A stretch of DNA of 36,437 nucleotides from Candidatus Magasanikbacteria bacterium CG_4_10_14_0_2_um_filter_41_10 (GTDB lineage Bacteria; Patescibacteriota; Patescibacteriia; Magasanikbacterales; UBA922), in the NCBI GenBank assembly GCA_002792995.1, contig PFPJ01000064.1, positions 1 to 36,437 of the forward strand, written 5' to 3'. Within the stretch, counting starts at the first letter, position 1; every line of letters begins with the position of its first letter. The position numbers and the translations under genes are program-made. Of the stretch, positions 19,848 to 29,483 are shown piece by piece. The notes under the pieces were generated by a model. That model made no database searches, was not told the origin of the DNA, and saw nothing but the letters and a program-made list of their open reading frames with translations.

Positions 19848-21239
19848 TTATTGTCCCATCCCTCGCATCACTACATTAATTGTTTTCAAAAGAATAGATA
19901 GGTCGAGTAATATCGATCTGTTTTTTATATAATAGAGGTCGTATTGAAGTTTTTGGAGAGACTGTTCAATAGTATCTGTGTAATGTTGGTTTACTTGTGC
20001 CCAGCCCGTAATGCCTGGTTTTACCAAATGGCGAACTGCGTAGTAAGGCATCTTACTTTCAAGTTCTGATACTATCTCAGGTCGTTCGGGTCGTGGTCCT
20101 ATGATACTAATATCTCCTCGTAACAGATTGACCGCTTGAGGTAACTCATCAATACGAGATTTTCTCAAAAATCTTCCTACATGAGTGACACGCACATCAT
20201 TTTTTGTGGCAAATTGGACACCTTGTGTTTCAGCACTTCCATCAGATGCGAGTGCATACATGGAACGAAATTTGTACAAAAAGAACGTTGTTCCTGACAT
20301 TCCCACGCGTTCTTGTCTGAACAATACAGATCCTTTGGATTCTATACGTATTGCGAGGGCAATGGCTGGATATAGGATGACAAAAGTGAGTAAGAGAAAA
20401 AATCCTATACACACATCTAATATGCGTCTGAGACGACCATACACCGGATGGATGTTTTGTTGAAGATGATCTAAGAACCAATGTTCTGAAAAAATATAGG
20501 GAGGGATACGTCCCGTAATTGATTCATAGAGTGACGCCAGGCTGACTATCCGAGTTTGCCAAAAAAGTAATTCATACAGTTCCTGAATGATGGTGTCGTC
20601 ATGTTGTATATGTTGGGCAACCACGACGGTCTCTATGTTGTGAACAGACACTGAGGGACGAATAGCTTTTGTAGAATCATAAAAGGTGGTACGAGAATAT
20701 ATTTTTTTGTCTATATCCTTTGGTGCACCTATCCACGCGGCAAGAATATATCCACGTTCAGGCATACTATAAATCAGATCAGCAAGTTCATTCATTTCTT
20801 TCATATCCCCGATAAACAGAATGGGGGAGAGAAGTGCTTTGGTTGCGACAAGTGAAGAAAATAGTGTTCGCCATATTGCAAGCATCCCATATCCTGAAAG
20901 AATGCTCAGTACCAAAATAGTTTTAGGAGTAATTATTTTTTGGGGTAAAATATAGAAAAAGATAACCCCGACTATTAAGTTGACGACGCTTGCTTGTAAT
21001 ATGCGAGAATAGAGCATTGCCTTTTGTCGATGTCTTCCAAGTTCATACAGACCATTTATATAATTTATCAATATCCAAATACCAATAAGTACTCCAAACC
21101 ATATCAGACCTGTTTCCAATTCCGTAGAGCTTGGGAATGATAGACTTCGCAATGTAAACCCTGCCAGCACACCAAAAAAAAGTGATGCCACATCGCCCAA
21201 AAGGAGAATAAGTTGTTTTGTTCTATACGTACTATTCAT
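19848..21239 (-). CDS. Priming polyprenyl-phosphate glycosyl-1-phosphate transferase (WcaJ/WbaP family)
   Basis: N-terminal TM helices and a C-terminal Bac_transf domain (F.QERVG, YKFRSM, D.RVT.VGRFLRKSRIDELPQ, GPRPERP, VKPGITGWAQV, YDLYYI). Start placed at MNSTY. Confidence 0.92.
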   Translation of the reverse strand: MNSTYRTKQLILLLGDVASLFFGVLAGFTLRSLSFPSSTELETGLIWFGVLIGIWILINYINGLYELGRHRQKAMLYSRILQASVVNLIVGVIFFYILPQKIITPKTILVLSILSGYGMLAIWRTLFSSLVATKALLSPILFIGDMKEMNELADLIYSMPERGYILAAWIGAPKDIDKKIYSRTTFYDSTKAIRPSVSVHNIETVVVAQHIQHDDTIIQELYELLFWQTRIVSLASLYESITGRIPPYIFSEHWFLDHLQQNIHPVYGRLRRILDVCIGFFLLLTFVILYPAIALAIRIESKGSVLFRQERVGMSGTTFFLYKFRSMYALASDGSAETQGVQFATKNDVRVTHVGRFLRKSRIDELPQAVNLLRGDISIIGPRPERPEIVSELESKMPYYAVRHLVKPGITGWAQVNQHYTDTIEQSLQKLQYDLYYIKNRSILLDLSILLKTINVVMRGMGQ

Positions 21240-21255
21240 AGTATGAAATATGTCA

Positions 21256-21284
21256 TTGCTCCTAAAAAGCAAATGTAGTATACT
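21256..21284 (+). promoter_or_regulatory. Candidate sigma70 promoter in the divergent intergenic region
   Basis: TTGCTC, 17-nt spacer, TATACT. The -10 box lies in the palindrome AGTATACT, so TATACT is also present on the minus strand. Confidence 0.45.
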
Positions 21285-21309
21285 GTACACACGACTAAAG
21301 TATAGCTTT

Positions 21310-22818
21310 ATGAAGCGAAAAAATCAAGTATTGTGGGTTGCCATCGTTGTATGTATGCTTTTCGTAGGAACGAGAACTTCTGCGGCAACAAAGGAGATTT
21401 TGATTAATAGAGACTCCTCTCAGACGACTGGTCGAGATGTTATACTTTTTTTGGAAGCTCCAACAGGGGCGACTGAAATGAGAATTTCAAATGATGTCAC
21501 TTTTTCTGATACCAGTTGGAGACCCTACCAGCGGACAAAGTCTTGGAAGTTGACTGTAGGAAGAGGGCAAAAAATTGTATATGCTCAATACAAGTGGTCA
21601 AATGGAATAACCTCAAATATTTTCAACGATACTATTCAGTTGGAAGTACCAATGGGTATTGATGGAAAAGTAGAAATTAACAAGAACGTTGAAACCACCA
21701 AGTCACGCCAAGTGACTCTGACTATTGAGCATAGTGATTGGATCGAAGAAATGTTCATTAGTAATACCAGTGATTTTAATCAGTTTGATGCTCGTCTTCC
21801 TGCAACGCAGGTTCCGTGGACCCTTACGGAAGGTTCCGGAGAAAAAACCGTATATGTACAGCTCAAAAATGCCAACGGAGATTTTGAAACCTATCATGAT
21901 ACAATCACATACAAAGAGCCTGTAGGGCAAATTCCCGGTGGAACAGTGCTTCAATCAGACACGTCACAATTGTACTATCTTGGATTTGACGGACAAATTC
22001 ATCCCTTTCTTCATTCATCCGTGTTTCACTCATGGTTTGATAGTATTGCTAAGGCAAAGATTCGTGTTGTGAGTAGTTTGACCCTTCGACAGTATCAAGT
22101 GGGGAAGCCAGTGTGTATTCGTGGCGGTACATGGCTTGTCCGATTTCAAAATTTTTCGCAGCTCTATGCTGTTGAGCCTGGATGTCGATTATTTCCACTC
22201 CGTTCCGAAGTTGAAGCTCGTATTGTGTATGGGGCAGATTGGAAAAAACGTCTCGTTGTCCTAAGTGAATTTGAAAGTGTTTCATATTCAACAGTGAATC
22301 GAGGAGTCCAAGATGAGGCACATGATATTATTGATAGAGATAATGACGGGTTGGATAAAGCAACCGAAGATTTGTATGGAAGTAGTGATAGACTTCCTGA
22401 TAGTGATGGTGACGGGTTGAGTGATCTTGAAGAAGTCGCTGTTTGGTTTACAAGTCCGATAGATAATGACACAGACAATGATGGAGTCGGCGATATGAAG
22501 CAAGTTCTCGATGAGTATCTTACAGATTCAATCATGTCTTTGTCAGAAGATGTGTATGGATATCCTGGTGGTCTTATCATCAAATCATCCGCTGATGGAA
22601 AGTATTATATGAATTTTATTGATGGGTATACCTACTTTTTATCTAGAAAAACTACGGATGCTGTGTTTACTTCAAATCAATTAGATACCACATTTGTCAT
22701 GTCGTCATCTCCTTTCTTATCTCTTACTGTTCGATCTGGGTGGCATGTCAGGGCTGCTTCAGATGTCTTGCTTCATCCGTCACTCATAACAAACCAAGGA
22801 AATTTATATGCGCTTTAG
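21310..22818 (+). CDS. Secreted/surface repeat protein with two Ig-like repeats, CPR-type surface repeats and Ca-binding DxDxDG repeats
   Basis: Signal peptide MKRK..hydrophobic..TSA. Duplicated module IN....T..R.V.L....EM.ISN....W.LT.G.G.K.VY.Q.K..G....DTI. Segments LYYLGFDGQIHPF..VFHSWF and LYAVEPG..YGADW. Repeats DRDNDGL, DSDGDGLSDLEE and DTDNDG. Confidence 0.75.
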   Translation: MKRKNQVLWVAIVVCMLFVGTRTSAATKEILINRDSSQTTGRDVILFLEAPTGATEMRISNDVTFSDTSWRPYQRTKSWKLTVGRGQKIVYAQYKWSNGITSNIFNDTIQLEVPMGIDGKVEINKNVETTKSRQVTLTIEHSDWIEEMFISNTSDFNQFDARLPATQVPWTLTEGSGEKTVYVQLKNANGDFETYHDTITYKEPVGQIPGGTVLQSDTSQLYYLGFDGQIHPFLHSSVFHSWFDSIAKAKIRVVSSLTLRQYQVGKPVCIRGGTWLVRFQNFSQLYAVEPGCRLFPLRSEVEARIVYGADWKKRLVVLSEFESVSYSTVNRGVQDEAHDIIDRDNDGLDKATEDLYGSSDRLPDSDGDGLSDLEEVAVWFTSPIDNDTDNDGVGDMKQVLDEYLTDSIMSLSEDVYGYPGGLIIKSSADGKYYMNFIDGYTYFLSRKTTDAVFTSNQLDTTFVMSSSPFLSLTVRSGWHVRAASDVLLHPSLITNQGNLYAL

Positions 22819-24793
22819 CCTACACATTTTGATATTACCCATAGTTGTTGTTTCACTGGCATTCATTCCAGTGAGGGCAAAAGCTGTCAATGATCTGCTT
22901 GCGAAGCAATGGGCATATAATGATACCGGTGTATATACGGCATGGACTGAAACGCAGGGTTCACGTGATGTTATCGTGGCTGTGATAGATAATGGATTTG
23001 ACATGCTTCACCCAGATATTCAAGCGAATGCCTGGAAAAATACTGATGAAATAGCAGACAATGGAATTGACGATGATCACAATGGATATATTGATGATGT
23101 GTGGGGATGGAGTTTTATTCCTGAAGATCTAAATAAAGATGGATTTCTTGATGCGCAAGAATTGCTAGGAACCAATAACCCTCGTCCTCGCCCAGAGGGG
23201 CTGACCGCTGCGGAAAAACAAGAAGGGATTATTCATCATGGCACGGTTGTTGCAGGTCTTATTGGAGCGGTTGGAAATAATGGAAAGGGGATCTCTGGTG
23301 TGGCACAGCAGGTACGACTTATGAATATTCGAGTCGTTGATGAGTCAGGATCTGGAACATTTATCATGCTTGACGAAGCTATCCGTTATGCTGTTGATAA
23401 TGGCGCTGATGTTATCAACATGAGTTTGGTAGGGCCCACGAGTGAGGATCTCCGTAGTGCTATTGAATATGCGTATGAAAAAGGTGTTGTAATCGTGGCT
23501 GCTGCGGGAAATAGTAGACAGGATCTCAATCAATCACCACTCTATCCGCTCTGTGAAGATGCTGGGTTATCTGAACAGCATATATTGGGTGTAAGCTCTA
23601 TTAATGAAGCACATCAGATTAGTCCTTTTTCAAATTATGGATCATCCTGCATTGATATTACTGCTCCAGGGGATGGCGTAACATCAACTGTGAGATTTTC
23701 TCCCACCAATGGATTGCACGACCAATATATCGGTGGGTGGCATGGTACATCATTTGCAGCCCCTCTTGTAAGTGGTACTGCGGCATTGATAAAAGTTATT
23801 GAACCATCCTGGGGACCAAAAGAAATCTATACTGCGATTTTATCAACGGTACAGCATACCTCTGGTCAAGATGAATCAGTCTATGAAGAATTGTTTGGAA
23901 AAGGTCTCCTTCAAGTAGACAAAGCGGTTGCCTATGCACGTGAACGTGTTACTTCCAAAAAAGGATTTCAAGATGTGTTGGTTGTTTCACCATTGAAAGG
24001 GATGTCAGAAGATTCAAAACAATTTCTTTCTTCCTTTGACTATACGGATATCTTGACGGGAGTGGATGATATCGCTTCATACATGGTGGATGGACATCTA
24101 CAGTATGTGACTGCAGTGAAGAAAAATAATACTGAGCGCACTATTACAACATATTCTGACACGTGGAAACCTGTTACATCTTTTTCAATTTCAGCAAGAG
24201 GGCCTGTACATCTCGCTGTCTATGATCATGATCTCTTTGTAGCACCCGCATATGCAGATACCGTCTTGTTTCAACGATATTCATTGGATGGGTTATTGTT
24301 ATCTGAGTTTCATATAAAAACCAAACATCAGGGTGTTGCTTTGACTATTTCAGAAGGAGGAACACTGTATACCTATGCAGCAGAGCCTGGATTGGTCGTG
24401 AACACATTTGAAGTGCCATATGATCAAAGTAGTTCACAATTTTCTGTTTCAAGTATGATACATGTAGGAAGTATTATTTCTGCAGACATTGATGGTGATC
24501 AAAAAGAAGAAATAGTTGTCGGGGGTGCCATAGGAGAACGACCTATTATCAGTTATTATGAGAATGATGGTATACTCAAACGGACATATACCGTATATGG
24601 AGCATATACTGATGGCTTTTCTTTGAAAGCCGTCGATTATGATTCAGATGGAAAGGACGATATTCTGACCATTCCATATCATAATACAGAGGTCGTTCGA
24701 GTCTGGACAAACAAATCAAAAAAAATTGATGAGTGGCATACATTTTCTGGCTATCAAATTTTTGATCAACGAGCAACTGTGAGATTTTATTAA
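22808..24793 (+). CDS. Secreted S8 (subtilisin-like) serine protease with C-terminal FG-GAP/VCBS-like repeats
   Basis: Catalytic triad motifs VAVIDNG, HGTVVAG and GTSFAAP, oxyanion motif AAAGN. C-terminal ADIDGDQKEEIV and VDYDSDGKDDIL repeats. Confidence 0.92.
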   Translation: MRFSLHILILPIVVVSLAFIPVRAKAVNDLLAKQWAYNDTGVYTAWTETQGSRDVIVAVIDNGFDMLHPDIQANAWKNTDEIADNGIDDDHNGYIDDVWGWSFIPEDLNKDGFLDAQELLGTNNPRPRPEGLTAAEKQEGIIHHGTVVAGLIGAVGNNGKGISGVAQQVRLMNIRVVDESGSGTFIMLDEAIRYAVDNGADVINMSLVGPTSEDLRSAIEYAYEKGVVIVAAAGNSRQDLNQSPLYPLCEDAGLSEQHILGVSSINEAHQISPFSNYGSSCIDITAPGDGVTSTVRFSPTNGLHDQYIGGWHGTSFAAPLVSGTAALIKVIEPSWGPKEIYTAILSTVQHTSGQDESVYEELFGKGLLQVDKAVAYARERVTSKKGFQDVLVVSPLKGMSEDSKQFLSSFDYTDILTGVDDIASYMVDGHLQYVTAVKKNNTERTITTYSDTWKPVTSFSISARGPVHLAVYDHDLFVAPAYADTVLFQRYSLDGLLLSEFHIKTKHQGVALTISEGGTLYTYAAEPGLVVNTFEVPYDQSSSQFSVSSMIHVGSIISADIDGDQKEEIVVGGAIGERPIISYYENDGILKRTYTVYGAYTDGFSLKAVDYDSDGKDDILTIPYHNTEVVRVWTNKSKKIDEWHTFSGYQIFDQRATVRFY

Positions 24794-24799
24794 TAGTGT

Positions 24800-25831
24800 A
24801 TGATGAATACTCATCCAATTTTTGAGAAAAAAAATGTGCTGGTAACAGGTGGCGCAGGATTTATTGGGGCACATTTGTGTGAACGATTGCTCAAAGAAGC
24901 AAAAGTGATTTGTGTTGATGATTTGTCAAACTCAACTATTCAGAATATTGATCATTTGCTTCAATATCCAGACTTTGAGTTTATTAAGTATGATACCAAC
25001 AATGCCATTGATTTGAGTGAGTTTCCTGAGCTTGATAAATTTGGTATTCGCTACCAAGGAATTCAAGAAATATATCATCTTGCTTGTCCGACAAGTCCAA
25101 AGAATTTTAAAGACCTCAAGCTTCATTCCCTCCATGCCAATTCTCGTGCAATGCTGTCTACATTAGATTTGGCTGTAAAATATAGAGCAAAGTATCTTTT
25201 TTCATCCAGTTCAGTGGTGTATGGAGCGCCAACAGAAGAAGAAACATTTTTTCATGAAGAAGATGAAGGTATTGTCAATCATCTGTCCCCACGTGCGTGC
25301 TATGACGAAGGAAAAAGATTCGCAGAAACGTGTGTAGAAACATATCGCCAAGTACATGGTATTGATACAAAAATTGCACGAGTATTTACTACCTATGGTC
25401 CACGAATGAAACTTCGAGATGGACTTCTTATTCCTGATTTTATTCTCGATGCACTCGCGGGTAGAGATTTGGTCGTGTATGGAGATGAGAGTTTGATTCA
25501 ATCATTGTGTTATATTACTGATATGGTTGATGGTCTTGTGCGACTTATGCACGCCGGACCTGAGGTTTCTATTGTGAATCTTGGAGTGGATGAAACACTA
25601 AAGATGGTCGATGTTGCAAATAAAATTATTGAGATGACAGGATCTACCTCTCATGTAAAATTTGAAAAACCACTTGAATTTCTTACAAAAAAAGGGTTTC
25701 CTGATCTCACACGAGCCAAAGAATCTCTTGGGTGGATATCTCTTGTTCGTTTAGAGGAGGGACTGAGAAAAACAATAGATTATACAATAGCAAATAAGGA
25801 AATGCTTGATTCGTCCCACCAGCAGATGTAA
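24800..25831 (+). CDS. UDP-glucuronate decarboxylase (UXS)-like SDR
   Basis: Motifs TGGAGFIG, IYHLACPTSP, PRACYDEGKRFAET and ARVFTTYGPRM. Confidence 0.8.
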   Translation: MMNTHPIFEKKNVLVTGGAGFIGAHLCERLLKEAKVICVDDLSNSTIQNIDHLLQYPDFEFIKYDTNNAIDLSEFPELDKFGIRYQGIQEIYHLACPTSPKNFKDLKLHSLHANSRAMLSTLDLAVKYRAKYLFSSSSVVYGAPTEEETFFHEEDEGIVNHLSPRACYDEGKRFAETCVETYRQVHGIDTKIARVFTTYGPRMKLRDGLLIPDFILDALAGRDLVVYGDESLIQSLCYITDMVDGLVRLMHAGPEVSIVNLGVDETLKMVDVANKIIEMTGSTSHVKFEKPLEFLTKKGFPDLTRAKESLGWISLVRLEEGLRKTIDYTIANKEMLDSSHQQM

Positions 25832-25843
25832 GGTATTGATGCT

Positions 25844-26509
25844 ATGTTTATTGCGATTGTGCCAGCATACAATGAAGCATCGACAGTCGGTGCTGTGGTA
25901 AAAAGTCTTCTTCCTCATGTAGACCGTGTCCTTGTGGTAGATGATGGGTCAACAGATCAGACATCTTCTTTTGCAAAAGAAGCAGGTGCTTTCGTGATTC
26001 GCCATGGATTGAATAGGGGACAAGGAGCAGCGCTTGAAACTGGGCATGTCTACGCAAGACAGATCGGTGCAGAGTATGTCCTCCATTTTGATGCCGATGG
26101 ACAATTTTCTGTTGATGACATTGCGCCGTCTTTGTCTGCATTACAAGAAGCGAATGCCGATGTGTTGTTTGGTTCCCGATATAAGACACGCATGGCAAAA
26201 GCGCGTGTTCCTTGGACGAAACGATATATTCTTCGGCCTCTTGCCCAGATTGTTGATAGACTTTTTGGAGCGGTGAAGCTGAGTGATGCTCACAATGGGT
26301 TCCGTATGTTTACCAAAAAGGCGTTGGATACTATTTCTATTTCACATGATGGTATGGCACATGCCAGTGAAATTCCTGCCTTGGTAAAGAAACATGGATT
26401 GCTGTACATAGAAGTACCTGTGTCTGTGACATATCATGAATATGGTCAGCGAATGGTTAGCGGTATCGTTGTTGTCAAAGATTTATTACTTGGAAGATTT
26501 AGTCGTTAA
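25844..26509 (+). CDS. GT2 polyprenol-phosphate sugar synthase (PpgS/GacI-like)
   Basis: Motifs VPAYNEA, VDDGSTD, NRGQGAAL.TG, FDADGQ, GSRY and DAHNGFR. Followed by a DUF2304-like gene. Confidence 0.85.
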   Translation: MFIAIVPAYNEASTVGAVVKSLLPHVDRVLVVDDGSTDQTSSFAKEAGAFVIRHGLNRGQGAALETGHVYARQIGAEYVLHFDADGQFSVDDIAPSLSALQEANADVLFGSRYKTRMAKARVPWTKRYILRPLAQIVDRLFGAVKLSDAHNGFRMFTKKALDTISISHDGMAHASEIPALVKKHGLLYIEVPVSVTYHEYGQRMVSGIVVVKDLLLGRFSR

Positions 26510-26519
26510 TATTTCGTAT

Positions 26520-26870
26520 ATGATTATATTTCAACTCCTTTTCTTTCTTTTTTCATTCTTCGCTATTGGTACGGTCATCAAACGAAGAAAAGATACCCTC
26601 CTTTCAAATAATGGGACATTATTTTGGATGTTGTTTTGGATACTCGCAGATGTTGTCGTTTTTATGCCAAACAGTACCACTGTGTTTGCTAATGCCTTAG
26701 GTATAGGAAGAGGAGCCGATGTAATTATTTATATTGCACTTGCTATCATTTTTTTTGTGCTGTTTCGTTTGCACGTGAAATTGCATATGATCGAACAACA
26801 TATCACACGCATTGTTCGCGATGATGCTATCGGGACGATGCAAGATACAGAATCGCAGACAAAGAAGTAA
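26520..26870 (+). CDS. DUF2304-family small membrane protein (Rv3632/GacJ-like)
   Basis: Three TM segments with W..FW, A.ALGIGRGAD and a C-terminal IT.IVR..A. Confidence 0.85.
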   Translation: MIIFQLLFFLFSFFAIGTVIKRRKDTLLSNNGTLFWMLFWILADVVVFMPNSTTVFANALGIGRGADVIIYIALAIIFFVLFRLHVKLHMIEQHITRIVRDDAIGTMQDTESQTKK

Positions 26871-26883
26871 GCATTTTTGTATT

Positions 26884-28059
26884 ATGAAAATTGCTCATAT
26901 TGTTTGTTCGTACCCACCGTATTATGGTGGCATGGGCAATGTTGTGCTTCAAACGGTGCAAGAATTGGGAAAGCGTGGACATGAGGTAGAAGTGTTTACC
27001 CCTCTGTATCATACCCTGCCTTCAACACCACCAGAGGAATTGGAACCGGCAGGGAAACAACAAGTAGAGTATGCGCGCCGTGTCACTCCAAGTATCACCT
27101 ATGGGAATGCTGCACGTATCCCACAGGTGGCACATGAATTAGATTCGTTTGATGTAGTACATCTTCATTATCCATTTTATGGGACAGCAAATCTTGTCCG
27201 AAAATGGAAAGAACATAATCCTTATAAGCCACTGGTGATTACCTATCACATGGATTCTCGGTCACCAGGGTGGAAAGGATTATTTTTTACATACTATAAT
27301 GCATTTTGGATGCCAAAAATTTTGGGGAGTGCTGATTTATTGATTGGTAGTTCACTCGAGTATATAGAAAAAAGTGATGCATTCGATCTTTATACACAAC
27401 AGAAAGACAAATGGCGAGCGTTACCCTTTGGTGTCGATATAGAACGGTTTCAACCACGTGAGAAGCCAGCGGATTTATTTGAAACGGCAGGATACGATAT
27501 CACGATACCCACGCTCCTTTTTGTGGGGGGCATGGACAAAGCACATTATTTCAAAGGGATTGATGTCTTTCTCAAAGCACTCTTACGTCTAAAAAAGAAT
27601 GAATATACGGTACAGGCATTTTTGGTAGGAGATGGAGACCTCCGCGAGACGTATGAACTCACTGCAAAGGCATATGGGCTCAGTGATAGAGTCAAATTTT
27701 TGGGGTATGTAGAAGAAGAACTGTTGCCATATGCGTACAATGCAGCAGATTTAGTCATCTTACCTTCGACGACACGAGGAGAAGCCTTTGGTATGGTCCT
27801 TCTGGAAGCGTTTGCGAGCGGTGTCCCTGTCATTGCGAGTGATCTGCCGGGAGTTCGGTCGGTGGCTGATGAGGGGGGTGTCTTGTTCCCACCTGGAGAT
27901 GACGCGGCTCTTGCTGAAGCAATCATAGAATATTTTGCTGATGGGGTTGACAGAAAACAATTTTCTACAAGTGTCCGAAATCTTGCAATAGAAAAATATG
28001 CGTGGCCTCGGATTGTCGATGATCTGGAGGATTGGTATATGAACCTTGTGAATACATAG
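26884..28059 (+). CDS. GT4 glycosyltransferase
   Basis: Start at MKIAHIV..YPPYYGGMG. Motifs HLHYP and EAFGMVLLEAFASGVPVIASDLPGV. Confidence 0.9.
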   Translation: MKIAHIVCSYPPYYGGMGNVVLQTVQELGKRGHEVEVFTPLYHTLPSTPPEELEPAGKQQVEYARRVTPSITYGNAARIPQVAHELDSFDVVHLHYPFYGTANLVRKWKEHNPYKPLVITYHMDSRSPGWKGLFFTYYNAFWMPKILGSADLLIGSSLEYIEKSDAFDLYTQQKDKWRALPFGVDIERFQPREKPADLFETAGYDITIPTLLFVGGMDKAHYFKGIDVFLKALLRLKKNEYTVQAFLVGDGDLRETYELTAKAYGLSDRVKFLGYVEEELLPYAYNAADLVILPSTTRGEAFGMVLLEAFASGVPVIASDLPGVRSVADEGGVLFPPGDDAALAEAIIEYFADGVDRKQFSTSVRNLAIEKYAWPRIVDDLEDWYMNLVNT

Positions 28060-28075
28060 AGAATTTTGGTATACT
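28046..28075 (+). promoter_or_regulatory. Candidate extended -10 promoter for the ytxH-pilT-pbp genes
   Basis: TGG-TATACT at 28067-75, with TTGTGA 18 nt upstream of the -10 box. Confidence 0.45.
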
Positions 28076-28109
28076 TTTTTTATTAGTATAACGTATAACT
28101 TCAATATAT

Positions 28110-28427
28110 ATGGGAAAATTTAACAAAGGTGTTGTATTGGGTGGTGTGTTGGGTGCTGCATTGGTATGGCTCAATACTACGACAAAGGGAAAAGAGTATC
28201 GTAGTAAGCTCGTTGATCATGCCGCAGAAGTCTATGAACGTGTGAAGCAAGAAGTACAAGAAAGTGGAGCCATGGAAAAAATGAATAGAAATAAGTATGT
28301 TGCGTTGGTAAAAAAGACAGTTGATAAATATGCCATTGAAAATGATATGGCACAAAACGTCAAAAATATGCTTGTTCGTCTGTTGAGTAGTCAGTGGACA
28401 ACATTTAAAAAAGAAATCAAAAAATAG
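28110..28427 (+). CDS. YtxH-like protein
   Basis: F.KG..LGG.LGAA..WL....KGKE.R followed by a helical, charged region. Confidence 0.75.
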   Translation: MGKFNKGVVLGGVLGAALVWLNTTTKGKEYRSKLVDHAAEVYERVKQEVQESGAMEKMNRNKYVALVKKTVDKYAIENDMAQNVKNMLVRLLSSQWTTFKKEIKK

Positions 28428-28430
28428 TCT

Positions 28431-29468
28431 ATGGCTTCCTCTATTGCAACATATCTTGATAAGGCCATAGAACATGGTGCGTCTGATATTCATCTTGTTG
28501 GTGGAGAACTTCCTATGATTCGAGTCAATGGAACACTCCAAGCGTTATCAGAAAAAGAATTGACCCAAACAGTTATCACATCCTTAGTGGATGAACTCCT
28601 CAAGCCATTGCAAAAAAAACAGTTTGAAGAAACCAAAGACGTTGATATTAGTTATGCACACGGAGATGTCAGATTTCGTGTCAACGTGCATAGTCAGGAT
28701 GGAAAGGTGGGGATTGCTGCTCGACTGATTCCAAAAGAAATTCCGACACCTGAGATGCTTCGATTTGAGCCTACCCTTACCAGTGCTATGGGACTTTTGG
28801 ACGGACTTGTCCTTGTCGTTGGACCCACAGGGCATGGAAAATCAACAACGATTGCTTCCATGGTGGAAGAAATAAATAAAACAAGGAAAGCACATATTAT
28901 TACGATAGAAGATCCTATTGAGTTCGCATTTGAAGACAAGGAAAGTCTTATTGAACAGCGAGAAATTGGGGTAGACACTCCATCATTTGCGAGTGCCTTG
29001 AAACATGTGCTTCGGCAAGACCCAGATGTGATTGTTGTAGGAGAAATGCGCGACCCCGAGACAATTTCGACGGTACTGACTGCCGCAGAAACAGGCCATT
29101 TGGTTTTCTCTACGTTGCATACTTCTTCTGCCGCAGAAGCTATCGAGCGTATTGTGGATGTGTTTGAAGGAGCAAAACAAAAACAAGTATTGATCCAACT
29201 TGCTGCCGTCTTACGTATTGTTATATCACAACAGCTTATTCCTACGGTGGATGGCAAGCGCGTTGTTGCCCGAGAGATTCTTGTAAACACACCAGCCGTA
29301 TCAAACCTTATTCGTGAAAATAATATTGCACAAATTGCCAGTGTTCTTCAGACAAACGCAAAGGAAGGAATGTTGTCTATGCAACGAGCCGTGGAGGCAT
29401 TGGAAAAAGAAGGATTGATTGATAAAGAAACTGCGACCAAGCGAACAGACAAACAGCGAAAGATATAG
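28431..29468 (+). CDS. pilT: Type IV pilus retraction ATPase, PilT family
   Basis: Motifs ASDIHL, Walker A GPTGHGKST, TIEDPIE, LRQDPD..VGEMRD, AETGHLVFSTLH and the AIRNLIRE-like AVSNLIRE. Confidence 0.9.
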   Translation: MASSIATYLDKAIEHGASDIHLVGGELPMIRVNGTLQALSEKELTQTVITSLVDELLKPLQKKQFEETKDVDISYAHGDVRFRVNVHSQDGKVGIAARLIPKEIPTPEMLRFEPTLTSAMGLLDGLVLVVGPTGHGKSTTIASMVEEINKTRKAHIITIEDPIEFAFEDKESLIEQREIGVDTPSFASALKHVLRQDPDVIVVGEMRDPETISTVLTAAETGHLVFSTLHTSSAAEAIERIVDVFEGAKQKQVLIQLAAVLRIVISQQLIPTVDGKRVVAREILVNTPAVSNLIRENNIAQIASVLQTNAKEGMLSMQRAVEALEKEGLIDKETATKRTDKQRKI

Positions 29469-29483
29469 CTTTTGGACACATGT

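Noticed and set aside
28101..29290. Long antisense ORFs (146 aa and 198 aa), and similarly 940-1548
   Set aside because: They are shadows of well-supported + strand genes and show no protein motifs.
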